64,000 nucleotides of DNA, from positions 6,618-70,617 of the forward strand of contig JAJZQJ010000007.1 in NCBI GenBank assembly GCA_021851895.1, in the 5' to 3' direction. Origin of the DNA: a bacterium (GTDB lineage Bacteria > Patescibacteriota > Minisyncoccia > Phycocordibacterales > UBA6899). The notes under the pieces were generated by a model. The model was given only the letters and a program-made list of their open reading frames with translations. It searched no databases and was not told where the DNA came from. Numbering within the stretch: the stretch's first letter is position 1; every line of letters starts with the position of its first letter. A program made the position numbers and the translations under genes. Positions 30,091 to 40,121 of the stretch are shown here, piece by piece.

Positions 30091-30130
30091 TTCACTATCA
30101 CATGAAACTAAAAACCGGCAGTGCCGGTTT

Positions 30131-30763
30131 TTAGTTTTTTAATGCGTAGACTTTGACTTTAGGAGACTTGATCATGCGATCACCCATACGATAACCCTTC
30201 TGTACAACCTCAGCGATCTTGTGATCAAGGGCTGCATCATCGGTCTCTACCGTCCCTATTGCAGTGAAATGCTGTGGATCGAATGTTTCACCTGCAGGAT
30301 TCACCTCCGTTACTCCGTAGCCCTCAAGCGTTTCCATGAACTGCTTATGTATGTACTCAACACCCATGCGCCAGTTTGGATCCACCTTCTCCCATGCCTC
30401 TTTATTCGCAAATGCCATATCGAAACTTTCTATGACTGGAATGAGATCGACAACAACTGATTCGCGAACAAAACGACCGAGTTCGGATTTCTCCTCGTCA
30501 GATCGTTTCTTAAGATTCACGTAGTCTGCTTTGAGTCGCTGCCATCCATCGAGATATTCCTGCTTCGCCCTCTCTGCATCAAGCAACTTCTCTCTAAGCT
30601 TCTTTATCTTATCCTGTGGAGAAACAACGCTCCCTGGAACAGCATCATCGTTGTATGCCTCGAACTCGACATCGTCCTCTTGGTGTGGGAGCACCTCGAT
30701 CCCAGCACCGAGATCTGCTGCACCCTCATCGTTGCCATCTATTTTTTGAACATCATTATCCAT
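30131..30763 (-). CDS. grpE: Nucleotide exchange factor GrpE
   Basis: QRLKADY.N.KKR, FDP..A, VVQKGY. Confidence 0.96.
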   Translation of the reverse strand: MDNDVQKIDGNDEGAADLGAGIEVLPHQEDDVEFEAYNDDAVPGSVVSPQDKIKKLREKLLDAERAKQEYLDGWQRLKADYVNLKKRSDEEKSELGRFVRESVVVDLIPVIESFDMAFANKEAWEKVDPNWRMGVEYIHKQFMETLEGYGVTEVNPAGETFDPQHFTAIGTVETDDAALDHKIAEVVQKGYRMGDRMIKSPKVKVYALKN

Positions 30764-30876
30764 ACTTGTGCGCAGCTTAACACAAAAAGCATCAAATTAC
30801 CAGTACTTTCTACCATACAATGGACAACCACATACGGCCCAAAAGTGTGTACTATCGCCATGATATACTTGAATAT

Positions 30877-31098
30877 ATGGAACAAGAATCAACAACGCCT
30901 CTACCAACGGATGCAAGGCTCATCCTTATGGAACAAAAGATCGACTACCTCGTGAGCGAGGCTCATAAGAGCGCACGGGCACGTAAAATCACTTTTTGGG
31001 TAACGATCCTTGTCGTCGTTCTTCCCTTCATCGGTATCTTGGCACTACTTCCATCGGTTATGGGAACGCTTACGGGCGCAAACAGTCTCGGAGTATAA
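30877..31098 (+). CDS. Small membrane protein
   Basis: C-terminal TM; TGATATACT -10 element just upstream of the ATG. Confidence 0.6.
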   Translation: MEQESTTPLPTDARLILMEQKIDYLVSEAHKSARARKITFWVTILVVVLPFIGILALLPSVMGTLTGANSLGV

Positions 31099-31126
31099 AA
31101 AAATAAAACACTGCTTCTGCAGTGTT

Positions 31127-32341
31127 TTATTTTTCATTGAACCGTTCTGACTTGAAACCCGGAAGATCAGGAAGTCGTTCATCGGACTTGAGCAATATGA
31201 TTCCGGCTATTTCACTTTCAGCAGCAAGCTTCAATGCTTCTGCCACATGATCGAAATCTGTATGCAATATCGTATCAAGCGAGCGGCCGCTTGAATCACG
31301 AAGGAGCGAAAGCAATACGCCTTCCGTGCCCTCCATCTCCGTATCCGCAACAACCTCTATATCATAATCGATGAACTCGAATTCCCCAACTGGATGCGCT
31401 ATTGGAGAAAGATTGAGGTAGCCTCGTGCAGAAAGGTCGACTATTGTCGAGATGACTGCTCTTTTTGTCACCCTGCCCTCTGCCGCGACCGCACGCGCAA
31501 CATAAGAATACAAATCAGGAAGCACTGCGGGCTTCTTTCGTTCATCGATCCACTCAAGAATCCTGCCACGGTGATACCACAATACGAGAGACAATAAACC
31601 TGCAAAGAGAACTGAGATCAGGAGATACCAGACGACAATAGGGGTCTTTTGTTTCGTATCGATCGTATGCACAACAGGAAGCTGAATGAGCCCTCGTGGA
31701 TAAGTAATATCCATGAGCACACCCTCCTTCACCACTTTATCAGCGGAGACCCTAAATCCATAAAGGCGACCATCCTTGATCAATGACTGCAGCGCACAAG
31801 TATGATGCATTCTGTCGGGAACAAATGCACAGGTTCCCGTTGCCGTCACTGGTGGAATAGGAACTGGGAAATAAATATCTGAGCGGAAGGCATTTATCTG
31901 CTCGCTCACGGGGGACATAACTTGCCAACGTAAACGCTGCTCGCTCGCTAAGCCATTAAGCACATAGCGCACATCGAAGTAATGTTTGTCCGTTAATAGA
32001 GTATCCTTATCTCCAATTCTTATTACTCCGACATTCCCCCCTGAAGAAGCATCATAGTGGTAGGGAGTCCCTGTTTTGTCACCCACAAAAAGCATATGCA
32101 TCGTCGCGATCGATCTATCGAAAGGACCCACATAAAGCGGTATCTCTCTTATGATTCCATGACTCCCCGACTTGCCGAAATCGAAAATGAGGTGCTCCTC
32201 GACGCCGATCGTACCATCGCGACCGAGCATCGCTTGAGCGGCGAATGAGGTGAATTCGCCCGCAAACGCAAAAGAAGGCAGCATAAGTGCCGTGCAGCCG
32301 ATTGCGATCAAACCTCTTATGAAGCGATCATTCTTCATCAT
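31127..32341 (-). CDS. DUF2207-like membrane protein
   Basis: DG.I.V.E..FDF..HGI.R.IP, IRIGD, TIVDL..RGYL. Confidence 0.8.
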   Translation of the reverse strand: MMKNDRFIRGLIAIGCTALMLPSFAFAGEFTSFAAQAMLGRDGTIGVEEHLIFDFGKSGSHGIIREIPLYVGPFDRSIATMHMLFVGDKTGTPYHYDASSGGNVGVIRIGDKDTLLTDKHYFDVRYVLNGLASEQRLRWQVMSPVSEQINAFRSDIYFPVPIPPVTATGTCAFVPDRMHHTCALQSLIKDGRLYGFRVSADKVVKEGVLMDITYPRGLIQLPVVHTIDTKQKTPIVVWYLLISVLFAGLLSLVLWYHRGRILEWIDERKKPAVLPDLYSYVARAVAAEGRVTKRAVISTIVDLSARGYLNLSPIAHPVGEFEFIDYDIEVVADTEMEGTEGVLLSLLRDSSGRSLDTILHTDFDHVAEALKLAAESEIAGIILLKSDERLPDLPGFKSERFNEK

Positions 32342-32552
32342 TCAACTCTTTGCGCACCTCTTCAAATGAATTCTCGAGACCCTTCAGACGCACGCGACAC
32401 TCTTTGATGAGCCGTGCACCCTCTTTTATTTTTGTGAGACCGAGCTCGACATCGACCTCTTGCTGACCCTCGAACCAAGCTGCGATCGAACGGAGCTCAG
32501 TAAGGGCAGCATTAAGATCCAATTCGCTATCTTGTTTTGTCTTTTTCGTCAT
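32328..32552 (-). CDS. xseB: Exodeoxyribonuclease VII small subunit
   Basis: AL.EL..I..L..IKEG..LIK.C..L..E; follows xseA. Confidence 0.9.
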   Translation of the reverse strand: MTKKTKQDSELDLNAALTELRSIAAWFEGQQEVDVELGLTKIKEGARLIKECRVRLKGLENSFEEVRKELNDEE

Positions 32553-34086
32553 TTTTTTCAATATTTATCACCTTCGCCGAGATGATCCCATCATTCAGCA
32601 TAGCATCTATTGTAGCACCTACACGCACATGTTCGACACTACGCAATACACGCCCCTCTTCACGCAATATGCCATAGCCCAATCGAAGCTGACGCATAGG
32701 ATCATGCGCATCAAGCAGTGCGGAATATCGCGATAATTGTTCCTCCATCTTATCGATTCCGCCGTGAAGCGATCGTAAGATGAACGACGTTCGCTCACCG
32801 AGCTCCTTCGAAATATCGCGAATGACGCGTGCAAGTAGTGGTAATGCGCCAAGTACGTCATCGATAGCACTGGTTATCGTATGTTCTAATGCAGTGAACG
32901 CCTGTTCGAAATATCGCTGCGCCCGCACGAGTGACAACTCATTTGTACGCAACGCGGTACGATATGCACTGAACATATCCTGCTCATACAAAGAGACGCT
33001 ATGCATCGCCGCTACCCAAGGTTCATTAAGGAGCGCTGTGCATGCCGTTGGCGTACTCGGAGCATAATCAGCTGCGAGCTGTGCAAGTGGCACGTCCTTA
33101 TCATGACCGATCGCGCAGATCACAGGTACCGGGAAGTCTGCGACCGCACGGATGATGTGTTCATTATTGAATGCCTGAAGGCTTTCAAGCGAACCACCAC
33201 CACGTATGAGCACAAGCGCATCGATCTGCTCTCTTTTCATCCTCCTCATCGCTGCATCGATATCCTTCACTGCGAGTACTCCCTCAACACGTGCATCGAT
33301 GAACGTGATACTGAAGCCGAACTTTCCAAGGTTATTCAAGAAATCATGTATCACCGCGCCTTGCTTTGAAGTTATGACACCGATACGCGAAGGGAATTGC
33401 GGAAGGGACCTCTTACGTCCTGGTGCGAATAAGCCCTCTGTTTCGAGCGTCTTCCTTAGTAAATCGTACGCCTTTTTCAGTGCACCCTCACCAACGAGTT
33501 CGATCGATTCTGCACGTAACTTCAATCTTCCCGTCGGCTTATATATCTCTGCCCTGCCCTCGATAATGATCTCTAGTCCAGCCTCTAGTTGTACTCCGGA
33601 AAGCCTATGATCGGATGACCACATGAATACCTCAAGCACCGCATCCTGCTCGATATCCTTCACGGTAAAGTAAAATGCACTTCCTCGTTCTTGTACACTC
33701 ACGACTTCTCCGCGTATGCGCGCACGCACACGATAGAGCTCGCGATTTAGCACATCGATGTATTGCGACACCTGCAACACTGGGCGCGAAGGAGGAGTTT
33801 GCTCATTAGTAATCACTCCCCCCGCAGAAACAAAACGCTCAGGATCACTTTTTGGAGCTACCGGCGCTGGTGCAAGATGCTCAGCAATGATCTTAAGAAT
33901 TGACCTACCATAGAGATCGAATTTCGCGTCCTTAATACCCTTCACCGCAAGCAGCTCATCGCGCGTCCTTGGGAGAGCAGACACGATCGCATCGAGCGTC
34001 GCATTTGGAAGCACGCGAAAACCTTCGATATTTCTCGCTTTCGCCTCGCTATCTCTCCATGCATACAAAGACGCTCTTAGATTCAT
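32527..34086 (-). CDS. xseA: Exodeoxyribonuclease VII large subunit with N-terminal HRDC domain
   Basis: GE..YF..KD, EGLF..KR.LP.FP..IGVITS..GAV..D, RGGGS.E.L.AFN.E, IGH..D; the first ~75 aa are HRDC-like. Confidence 0.93.
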   Translation of the reverse strand: MNLRASLYAWRDSEAKARNIEGFRVLPNATLDAIVSALPRTRDELLAVKGIKDAKFDLYGRSILKIIAEHLAPAPVAPKSDPERFVSAGGVITNEQTPPSRPVLQVSQYIDVLNRELYRVRARIRGEVVSVQERGSAFYFTVKDIEQDAVLEVFMWSSDHRLSGVQLEAGLEIIIEGRAEIYKPTGRLKLRAESIELVGEGALKKAYDLLRKTLETEGLFAPGRKRSLPQFPSRIGVITSKQGAVIHDFLNNLGKFGFSITFIDARVEGVLAVKDIDAAMRRMKREQIDALVLIRGGGSLESLQAFNNEHIIRAVADFPVPVICAIGHDKDVPLAQLAADYAPSTPTACTALLNEPWVAAMHSVSLYEQDMFSAYRTALRTNELSLVRAQRYFEQAFTALEHTITSAIDDVLGALPLLARVIRDISKELGERTSFILRSLHGGIDKMEEQLSRYSALLDAHDPMRQLRLGYGILREEGRVLRSVEHVRVGATIDAMLNDGIISAKVINIEKNDEKDKTR

Positions 34087-34167
34087 GAGGCAATTGTAGC
34101 AGGAAATCAAAAAGACGCACCATTAAGAACTTGTGCTGTTTTTCGAAAAAACACACCTTACGGTGTG

Positions 34168-34503
34168 TCAATTTCCTAAAATCGCAGTTCCTGTTCCGCG
34201 CGCAACATAAATGATCGTTTCAGCCGAGAATACCACTGCGGCGCCGATCACGGCACCAAGCAAACGCTGCTTCGCCGTCTTGATCTGATTCGTGTCGCCA
34301 CGAGCAGTGGCCATTTCAAATCCAGAATATATGATGACAAGAGCGATTGCAGGTACCACAACCCAACGAGAGATCATGAGTATGAAATCGATGAAATCCC
34401 ACATCGTGAGACCAGCACCAGGTGCTGGATTCGAAAGCCTACCATCTGCTGCAAATGCTGCGAGCGGAAGAGCAAGAAGTAGGACAAGAAGATGACGTCG
34501 CAT
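34168..34503 (-). CDS. TrbC/VirB2-like (CPR-type) pilin
   Basis: Signal peptide and two TMs; IIYSGF..TARGD..I..AK..L..AVIG. Confidence 0.8.
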   Translation of the reverse strand: MRRHLLVLLLALPLAAFAADGRLSNPAPGAGLTMWDFIDFILMISRWVVVPAIALVIIYSGFEMATARGDTNQIKTAKQRLLGAVIGAAVVFSAETIIYVARGTGTAILGN

Positions 34504-34507
34504 GAAA

Positions 34508-34912
34508 TTAGTTGAGCAATGAATAAGTATCCGGGAAGAGGAGACTGAAGATCAGCTTGATGATGAGGTAAGCGGAAAGCATGACCGCATAGCCGATAAG
34601 CGTATTCGTGAAGATCTTTCGCGCTTCCTTTTCTGCGCCAGTATCGCCCTGACTCCATACAAGCTTGAAGCCTGCATATGCAAACATGAGTACCGCGATC
34701 GGAGTCGCAAGTTGATAGATGATGAAGTTTAAAACGTTTTGTACTCCATTCATCAAATCAATGAAATCACATTGCTGCTCAAGCGGGACTGGTCCTCCCG
34801 GAACAGGAGAAATTCCGCAAGGAACGAGTCCTGAAGTAGTCTTCGCCGTTTGCGCTGCTGCGAACAATGGCAGCATAAGCAGAAGTGAGAGTGCGAGTGT
34901 GCGTCGGGTCAT
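34508..34912 (-). CDS. TrbC/VirB2-like (CPR-type) pilin
   Basis: GLVPCG..C.F.DL, YAGF..S.GD..A.KI..IG. Confidence 0.8.
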   Translation of the reverse strand: MTRRTLALSLLLMLPLFAAAQTAKTTSGLVPCGISPVPGGPVPLEQQCDFIDLMNGVQNVLNFIIYQLATPIAVLMFAYAGFKLVWSQGDTGAEKEARKIFTNTLIGYAVMLSAYLIIKLIFSLLFPDTYSLLN

Positions 34913-34913
34913 A

Positions 34914-36236
34914 CTATTTTGGTAAACGACTAATGATTGCGGATAATTCCTGCCTCAGAAAGTTCGCACCCCTGTCAGGGACAGGGAAACGTCCAGACGA
35001 AAGACCTTCGACCATATCGTTAAATGCGGTACTTGATTCATTCTCCTCGGGGTCAAGCCATGAACGAGAGCGGAGCGCTGCCTCATAGAAATAAGGCATC
35101 ACTGCATCGGTCTGGGGTTTTGCAAGGAGATCACGACGCGCAGGTGGCAAGAGCGCGATATTCGACCACTTTGTTACGAAGTTCGCGTCTCCAACCATAG
35201 CAATAAGTGCGTTTTGTGCATTCACCCGTTGAAGACCAGCTTTCACTACTGCGAGAGAATAGACCTCGGCATCAGTAGACTCAGTGCGCACCGTACGCAT
35301 CTGCGGGAGCTGTGCGATACCGAAATTAAGATGGGGGTTTCGCTCTCTTATCATCTTATAGTCGCTCGCTCTTCCGATATACATTGCGAGCTGATCAGAA
35401 AGAAATACATCTCGTGAAGGAGGGAGCGTACGATTCCAACTGTAGAGCGTCTTATTTGGATTTGCGAAATCCATATAGAAACGTAATGCGGAATCAACTG
35501 GCGGCTCCCCTGTCGTTGTGATCGTACTGTCGACAGATACAACAGGATTACCGGAATCATTTCGATAAACGAGCGGCACACCAACCTGCATCAACATTGC
35601 TGCGAGAATATCCTTTGCATGGGTAACATTCGCATATTCACCCATGGCTATCGCAGAATAGTCAAAGCTTCCATCAGTTGATGAACGCTGCGTCAATTTC
35701 GGCTGAAGTGTGAGTACCTCATCCCAATATTTCGGCGGATTGATGATTCCCGCATTTGTGAAGAGGTCTCTATTCCAATACATCATAACAGGATCAAGAA
35801 GGAGCGGGATTCCAAGCACACCCTCTGGGGCGAGAAAGGCCTTCGCTGCATCAACATAGCGCTCCTGGAATGTCGGAATGGGCATTTGCGTATATGGAAT
35901 CGCCTGTATCTTATTCTCGAGCCTCAAGATCTTGCTGTTCGAAAGGAAAATGAGATCGGGAGCCTTATTATCAGCAATAGCCTCGATGAAATCGCTATCA
36001 AAAGTATCTGACTTCTTGTAGACATAAGTCACGTTAAGATCCTTTCTATGCGCCTGATTGAAATCGCTGATCGCATCGCGAAGACCATTGATGGGATCGA
36101 TATCACCCCAAACAGTCACCTTTACGACCTGGTCTGCATTACTCTTATTGCCTGCGCCCTGCGAGAATATGACGATTGCAGCGATGATGGCCACTCCAAG
36201 CACTCCGAGAAATATGTTCTGAAAATCGAATTTCAT
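34914..36236 (-). CDS. Extracellular solute-binding protein (family 1-like)
   Basis: V.VWG, PDL, .P..D..YWN.DLF..AG..PP..W, F..AM..G. Confidence 0.85.
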   Translation of the reverse strand: MKFDFQNIFLGVLGVAIIAAIVIFSQGAGNKSNADQVVKVTVWGDIDPINGLRDAISDFNQAHRKDLNVTYVYKKSDTFDSDFIEAIADNKAPDLIFLSNSKILRLENKIQAIPYTQMPIPTFQERYVDAAKAFLAPEGVLGIPLLLDPVMMYWNRDLFTNAGIINPPKYWDEVLTLQPKLTQRSSTDGSFDYSAIAMGEYANVTHAKDILAAMLMQVGVPLVYRNDSGNPVVSVDSTITTTGEPPVDSALRFYMDFANPNKTLYSWNRTLPPSRDVFLSDQLAMYIGRASDYKMIRERNPHLNFGIAQLPQMRTVRTESTDAEVYSLAVVKAGLQRVNAQNALIAMVGDANFVTKWSNIALLPPARRDLLAKPQTDAVMPYFYEAALRSRSWLDPEENESSTAFNDMVEGLSSGRFPVPDRGANFLRQELSAIISRLPK

Positions 36237-36317
36237 AATATAGTCGAATTATATCACAAAAAGTACCCGCCAAACCTTTGGCAGGTACTCTATTGAAGCA
36301 ATATTTCAAAACAGCGA

Positions 36318-36881
36318 TCAGAGTGCGAAACCTCCAATACCTGAAGATTTGCCCTCTTTCACACACAGCAACGCCCAATGATGGTCTCCTCCATCGAGAT
36401 TGCGGACAGCACGAAAACCCGCAGCTTCTGCTAAATGCTTCCCTGCCTCCTCGGTCACGACTTGAGACGCCTCTGGCCCCATGCCGCGATATGGCCCATT
36501 CCAATCAATTAATAACAGGCGACCACCATCGCGCAAAAGTCGTGCAGCCTCCCCAAGGAGCTCCTCTTTGTGCTCTGCAGAATAAAGCACATTGGAGACG
36601 ATCACGAGATCAGAGATATTTTCACGAAGATGCACACCACCGCGGCGCTCAATGTCTGCATGCACACAAGAGACGTTCGTAAGCTTCTCCTCTTGTGCAG
36701 AATGTGCGAGGCGCGTCAAAAGATCCTGCTGCACGTCGACCGCATATACCTTACCTCCTCCGACGCCAAGCCGCTTTGCGATTTCGAGAGCATAGACACC
36801 ACTCCCCGCGCCAAGATCGATGACGACTTCGCTTCCAGAAATACCGAGTTGGTCAATGATTACTTTTGGATCGATGAACAT
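36318..36881 (-). CDS. Class I SAM-dependent methyltransferase
   Basis: VIDLGAGSG, VYAVD, LL..GG.LL.IDW. Confidence 0.9.
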   Translation of the reverse strand: MFIDPKVIIDQLGISGSEVVIDLGAGSGVYALEIAKRLGVGGGKVYAVDVQQDLLTRLAHSAQEEKLTNVSCVHADIERRGGVHLRENISDLVIVSNVLYSAEHKEELLGEAARLLRDGGRLLLIDWNGPYRGMGPEASQVVTEEAGKHLAEAAGFRAVRNLDGGDHHWALLCVKEGKSSGIGGFAL

Positions 36882-36998
36882 ATTCGTATTATATCCTACC
36901 CATAAATTTCCGCATTAGCTATCAATGATTTCAAAATTTAAATATATCAAAATTGAAAAATCCATGAATGTAGGATGCGCCAAATATCACTAAACAAA

Positions 36999-37120
36999 AA
37001 ACTTCAGATTTGAGATGCAATTGTGCTGGCTGGAGCAGTGCCGACCGACGGAGCCGTATGATTATACGGTGACGAGGCGGCACTGGGAAGTCAGTGCAAG
37101 TGCGCTCAAATATGAAGTTT
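36999..37120 (-). repeat. Family-2 long-hairpin repeat, copy B
   Basis: Imperfect ~122-bp palindrome starting at the stop of 37119..37346; core CTCGTCACCGTATAATCATACGGCTC in gene sense. Confidence 0.8.
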
Positions 37121-37346
37121 ATGCGGACATGAGTTTTTGGATTTGGTCCTTATATTCCATCATCACAACCATCGTCGCCTTATTCTGATCCATACCTCCA
37201 TCGGTCTTTGCCTTTATCTTGATGGCGATCTCTTCGAAAAGCTTCGGATTCTTCACGACGACACTGATGATCTTCTCCTGCTGATCCTTCGGAAGGTTTC
37301 CCAACTTACTCTGAAGCAGCTTCTTCATTAAAAATTCTTTGAACAT
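37119..37346 (-). CDS. Hypothetical protein (75 aa, helical)
   Basis: Intact ORF with TGCTATACT-6 nt-ATG start. Confidence 0.75.
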   Translation of the reverse strand: MFKEFLMKKLLQSKLGNLPKDQQEKIISVVVKNPKLFEEIAIKIKAKTDGGMDQNKATMVVMMEYKDQIQKLMSA

Positions 37347-37376
37347 GAGCTGAGTATAGCATTAGACGAGCTTAAA

Positions 37377-37625
37377 TCAACCGCGTGAAAATATACGATA
37401 AAGTGCCACAACAGAGATCAGCACCCAAGCGAAATTCACTACAAGAGAAGACCAAGCAGTCTTTTTGAGCGTGTAATAGATGAAAGCGATACCACCAATA
37501 AGATTCATCATCTGGTAGGAAAGCGATGTGCTCGCAATCGCGCCGAAACTATTGAGTGCGAAGGCTCCAAGTATCATAATCGAACCGATGATACCGATCG
37601 CCTCGAGAATATATATGCTGCGCAT
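37377..37625 (-). CDS. Small membrane protein (CBU_0592/SemiSWEET-like)
   Basis: Three TMs; G..G..IL.AF..S..YQ..N..G..N..W. Confidence 0.7.
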   Translation of the reverse strand: MRSIYILEAIGIIGSIMILGAFALNSFGAIASTSLSYQMMNLIGGIAFIYYTLKKTAWSSLVVNFAWVLISVVALYRIFSRG

Positions 37626-37630
37626 AGTGA

Positions 37631-38665
37631 TCACTTTTCTCCGATAGCTCGCATGATCGCGATCTCGATCGGAAGTGTCGGCACAATGGCCGCTTTTCCT
37701 AATTCACTCGTACGCAGGAATTCAAGCAATGTGTGCGAATTTATGCGCTTCGCAGGACTCGCCGCAAAACTCCTCAAGAGTGCGACATCATCTGGAGAGA
37801 ACTCCTCGGCAAGCGCTGCCTCCATCTGTGGCGCATAGCGCAAGAGCAATATCGCTCGCAACTTGAGCAGTATAAGACGCATGAAGAATGTCATATCAAC
37901 ATGCTCTACATCAGCATCGCGAACGGCCATCAATGCCTCTTCGGCGTTTCCCGAATCAATACCTTTCAATATACGATTGATCGTCTCATGGCGAGGGGCA
38001 CCAATGATACGTGCGACAACATCGAACGAAAGCGCTTTCTTTCCATCAGCGACCGTAAGCACTTTCTCGAGCACAGAGAGTGTATCTCGATATGATCCGT
38101 CTCCAGCGAGTGCGACAAGTTCGGCAGCCGCAGCGTCGATCAATAATTCTTCTTTCGAGACGACATCGACGACGTATTGTGTAAGATCATGAATGACAGG
38201 CTGTTTAAATGCGAAGGTCTGGCAACGTGAGATGATGGTCTCGGGCACTTTCTCGAGATTCGTCGTCGCAAGGATGAAAAGCACGTGCGCAGGTGGCTCC
38301 TCGAGTGTCTTCAAGAGCGCATTATATGCCTCCTTGGTAAGCATGTGCACTTCGTCGATGATGTAGCACTTACGTGGTGAAGTGAACGGCAGTGTGCGTA
38401 CCGCCTCTCTCAGTTCACGCATGTCGTCGATCGTGCGATTCGATGCAGCATCCATCTCGTAGAGATCTTCTGGATTCACTCCTGCAGCACGCGCAAAGAT
38501 ACGCGCAACAGTTGTCTTTCCCGTTCCACGGCCACCATAAAATAGGTAGGCATGTGCGACCTCATTCTGCTTCGCTTGACGGCTGAGTACATTGATCAGC
38601 TCATCTTGACCACGGACATCTCTGAATTCCTGGGGTCGATATTTTCGGTAGAGTGCTAATTCCAT
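37631..38665 (-). CDS. dnaX: DNA polymerase III gamma/tau subunit (short form)
   Basis: ALYRKYRP..F, GGRGTGKT, DAASN, IIDEVHML, NALLKTLEEPP, SRC. Confidence 0.96.
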   Translation of the reverse strand: MELALYRKYRPQEFRDVRGQDELINVLSRQAKQNEVAHAYLFYGGRGTGKTTVARIFARAAGVNPEDLYEMDAASNRTIDDMRELREAVRTLPFTSPRKCYIIDEVHMLTKEAYNALLKTLEEPPAHVLFILATTNLEKVPETIISRCQTFAFKQPVIHDLTQYVVDVVSKEELLIDAAAAELVALAGDGSYRDTLSVLEKVLTVADGKKALSFDVVARIIGAPRHETINRILKGIDSGNAEEALMAVRDADVEHVDMTFFMRLILLKLRAILLLRYAPQMEAALAEEFSPDDVALLRSFAASPAKRINSHTLLEFLRTSELGKAAIVPTLPIEIAIMRAIGEK

Positions 38666-38744
38666 ATATGATGTGTTCAGTATAACATAACCAAAAAACC
38701 GCGTAAAATACGCGGTTTTTTTAACTAAGCACATATTCCTAAGT

Positions 38745-40013
38745 CTACTTTCCGATATATTCCCTGCCGCCCATAAACGGACGAAGGGCCTCCGGTATCT
38801 TAATGGTCCCATCCGCCTGCTGATAGTTTTCTACTATTGAGACGAGAATGCGTGGGGTTGGAATAGCAGTACAGTTGAGTGAGTGCGCGAAGCGGAGCTT
38901 CCCTTCATCATCACGATAGCGTGTGTTTGTGCGACGAGTCTGGAAATCATGAAAATATGAAGCTGATGAGATCTCACGGTAGGTCTCCTCACCAGGAACC
39001 CAAAGTTCGATATCGAATTTCTTCACCTGCCCGAGACCGAGATCGCCACCACAGTTTGCTACGGTGTGGTATGGGATGCCGAGCAATTCGATCAACTCTT
39101 CCGTGTTGCGATTGATCTCCTCGTGCATCTTCACCGACACCTCATGGCTTGCCTCACAGAGAACGACCTGCTCCCACTTAAAGAACTCGTGAACACGAAT
39201 GAGTCCGCGGACGTCCTTACCGTGTGCGCCAGCCTCTCTTCGGAAGCATGGAGAAAATGCAAGATACTTCTTTGGGAATTCAGAACGTTCGAGCACTTCG
39301 TCGATGTGATAACCCATCGTCGCAACCTCACCAGTCCCTGCAAGAAATTCACCATCCTGTGTCTTATAGAGATCATCTTCACCTTGCGGAAGATAACCTG
39401 TACCAAGCAATGTCTCTCGGCGAACGAGCGACGGTACAAGCATTGGCGTAAATCCTTTATTCATCCAGTGCTGCATTGCCAGTTGCCAAACAGCATTTGC
39501 AAGAACGAATCCATCGTTCTTGAGGTAGTACCCACGGAACCCTGCCACTTTTGCGCCTCTTTCGAAATCTACCATGTCATGTGCGAGCATGAGATCGACA
39601 TGGTTCTTTGGAGTGAAGTCGAACTTCGTCGGCTCACCCCAGCGATGGACTTCCTTATTATCCGCATCGGAGAGTCCGTCGGGCACCGTCACGTCAGGAA
39701 CATTCGGAACCATGAGCATACTCTGTCGCCAGTCGGACATCACCTGCTTGAGCTCGTCCTCTTTCGTAGCGAGTTTTTCCTTCACTACACGCATGGACTC
39801 TATTCGTGCCGTGCGATCAGCCTGATCCGTAGCGCCGGCAATGGCAGCATTGGCACTATTTTGCTCTGCACGCAACGCCTCGACCTCTTTGAGGACTACG
39901 AGTCGTTTGTCATCGAGCACACATAGGGCGTCCACATCGAAATCGATGCGTTTCTTCTTAGCCGCCGCCTTAATGAGATCTGTATTCTCACGGATGAATT
40001 TGATGTCCAACAT
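38745..40013 (-). CDS. serS: Serine-tRNA ligase
   Basis: MLDIKFIR, CFRREAG, G.IRVHEF.K.E, Y.EISS.S, H.LN. Confidence 0.98.
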   Translation of the reverse strand: MLDIKFIRENTDLIKAAAKKKRIDFDVDALCVLDDKRLVVLKEVEALRAEQNSANAAIAGATDQADRTARIESMRVVKEKLATKEDELKQVMSDWRQSMLMVPNVPDVTVPDGLSDADNKEVHRWGEPTKFDFTPKNHVDLMLAHDMVDFERGAKVAGFRGYYLKNDGFVLANAVWQLAMQHWMNKGFTPMLVPSLVRRETLLGTGYLPQGEDDLYKTQDGEFLAGTGEVATMGYHIDEVLERSEFPKKYLAFSPCFRREAGAHGKDVRGLIRVHEFFKWEQVVLCEASHEVSVKMHEEINRNTEELIELLGIPYHTVANCGGDLGLGQVKKFDIELWVPGEETYREISSASYFHDFQTRRTNTRYRDDEGKLRFAHSLNCTAIPTPRILVSIVENYQQADGTIKIPEALRPFMGGREYIGK

Positions 40014-40121
40014 AATGCCTATACTATAACAGAATCAATATAAAAGGCCAATTTACCAAGCAAACTCGCCTTAAGAGCTATCAACATGGATATGTACTAT
40101 ATAAGATGCTATAGTCATACG

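Noticed and set aside
36999-37120. Integron attC sites for the Family-2 repeats
   Set aside because: They have AAC..GTT-like ends and follow stop codons, but two follow core genes (rpmG, gyrA), they are not arrayed, and no intI is in the window; kept only as an analogy.
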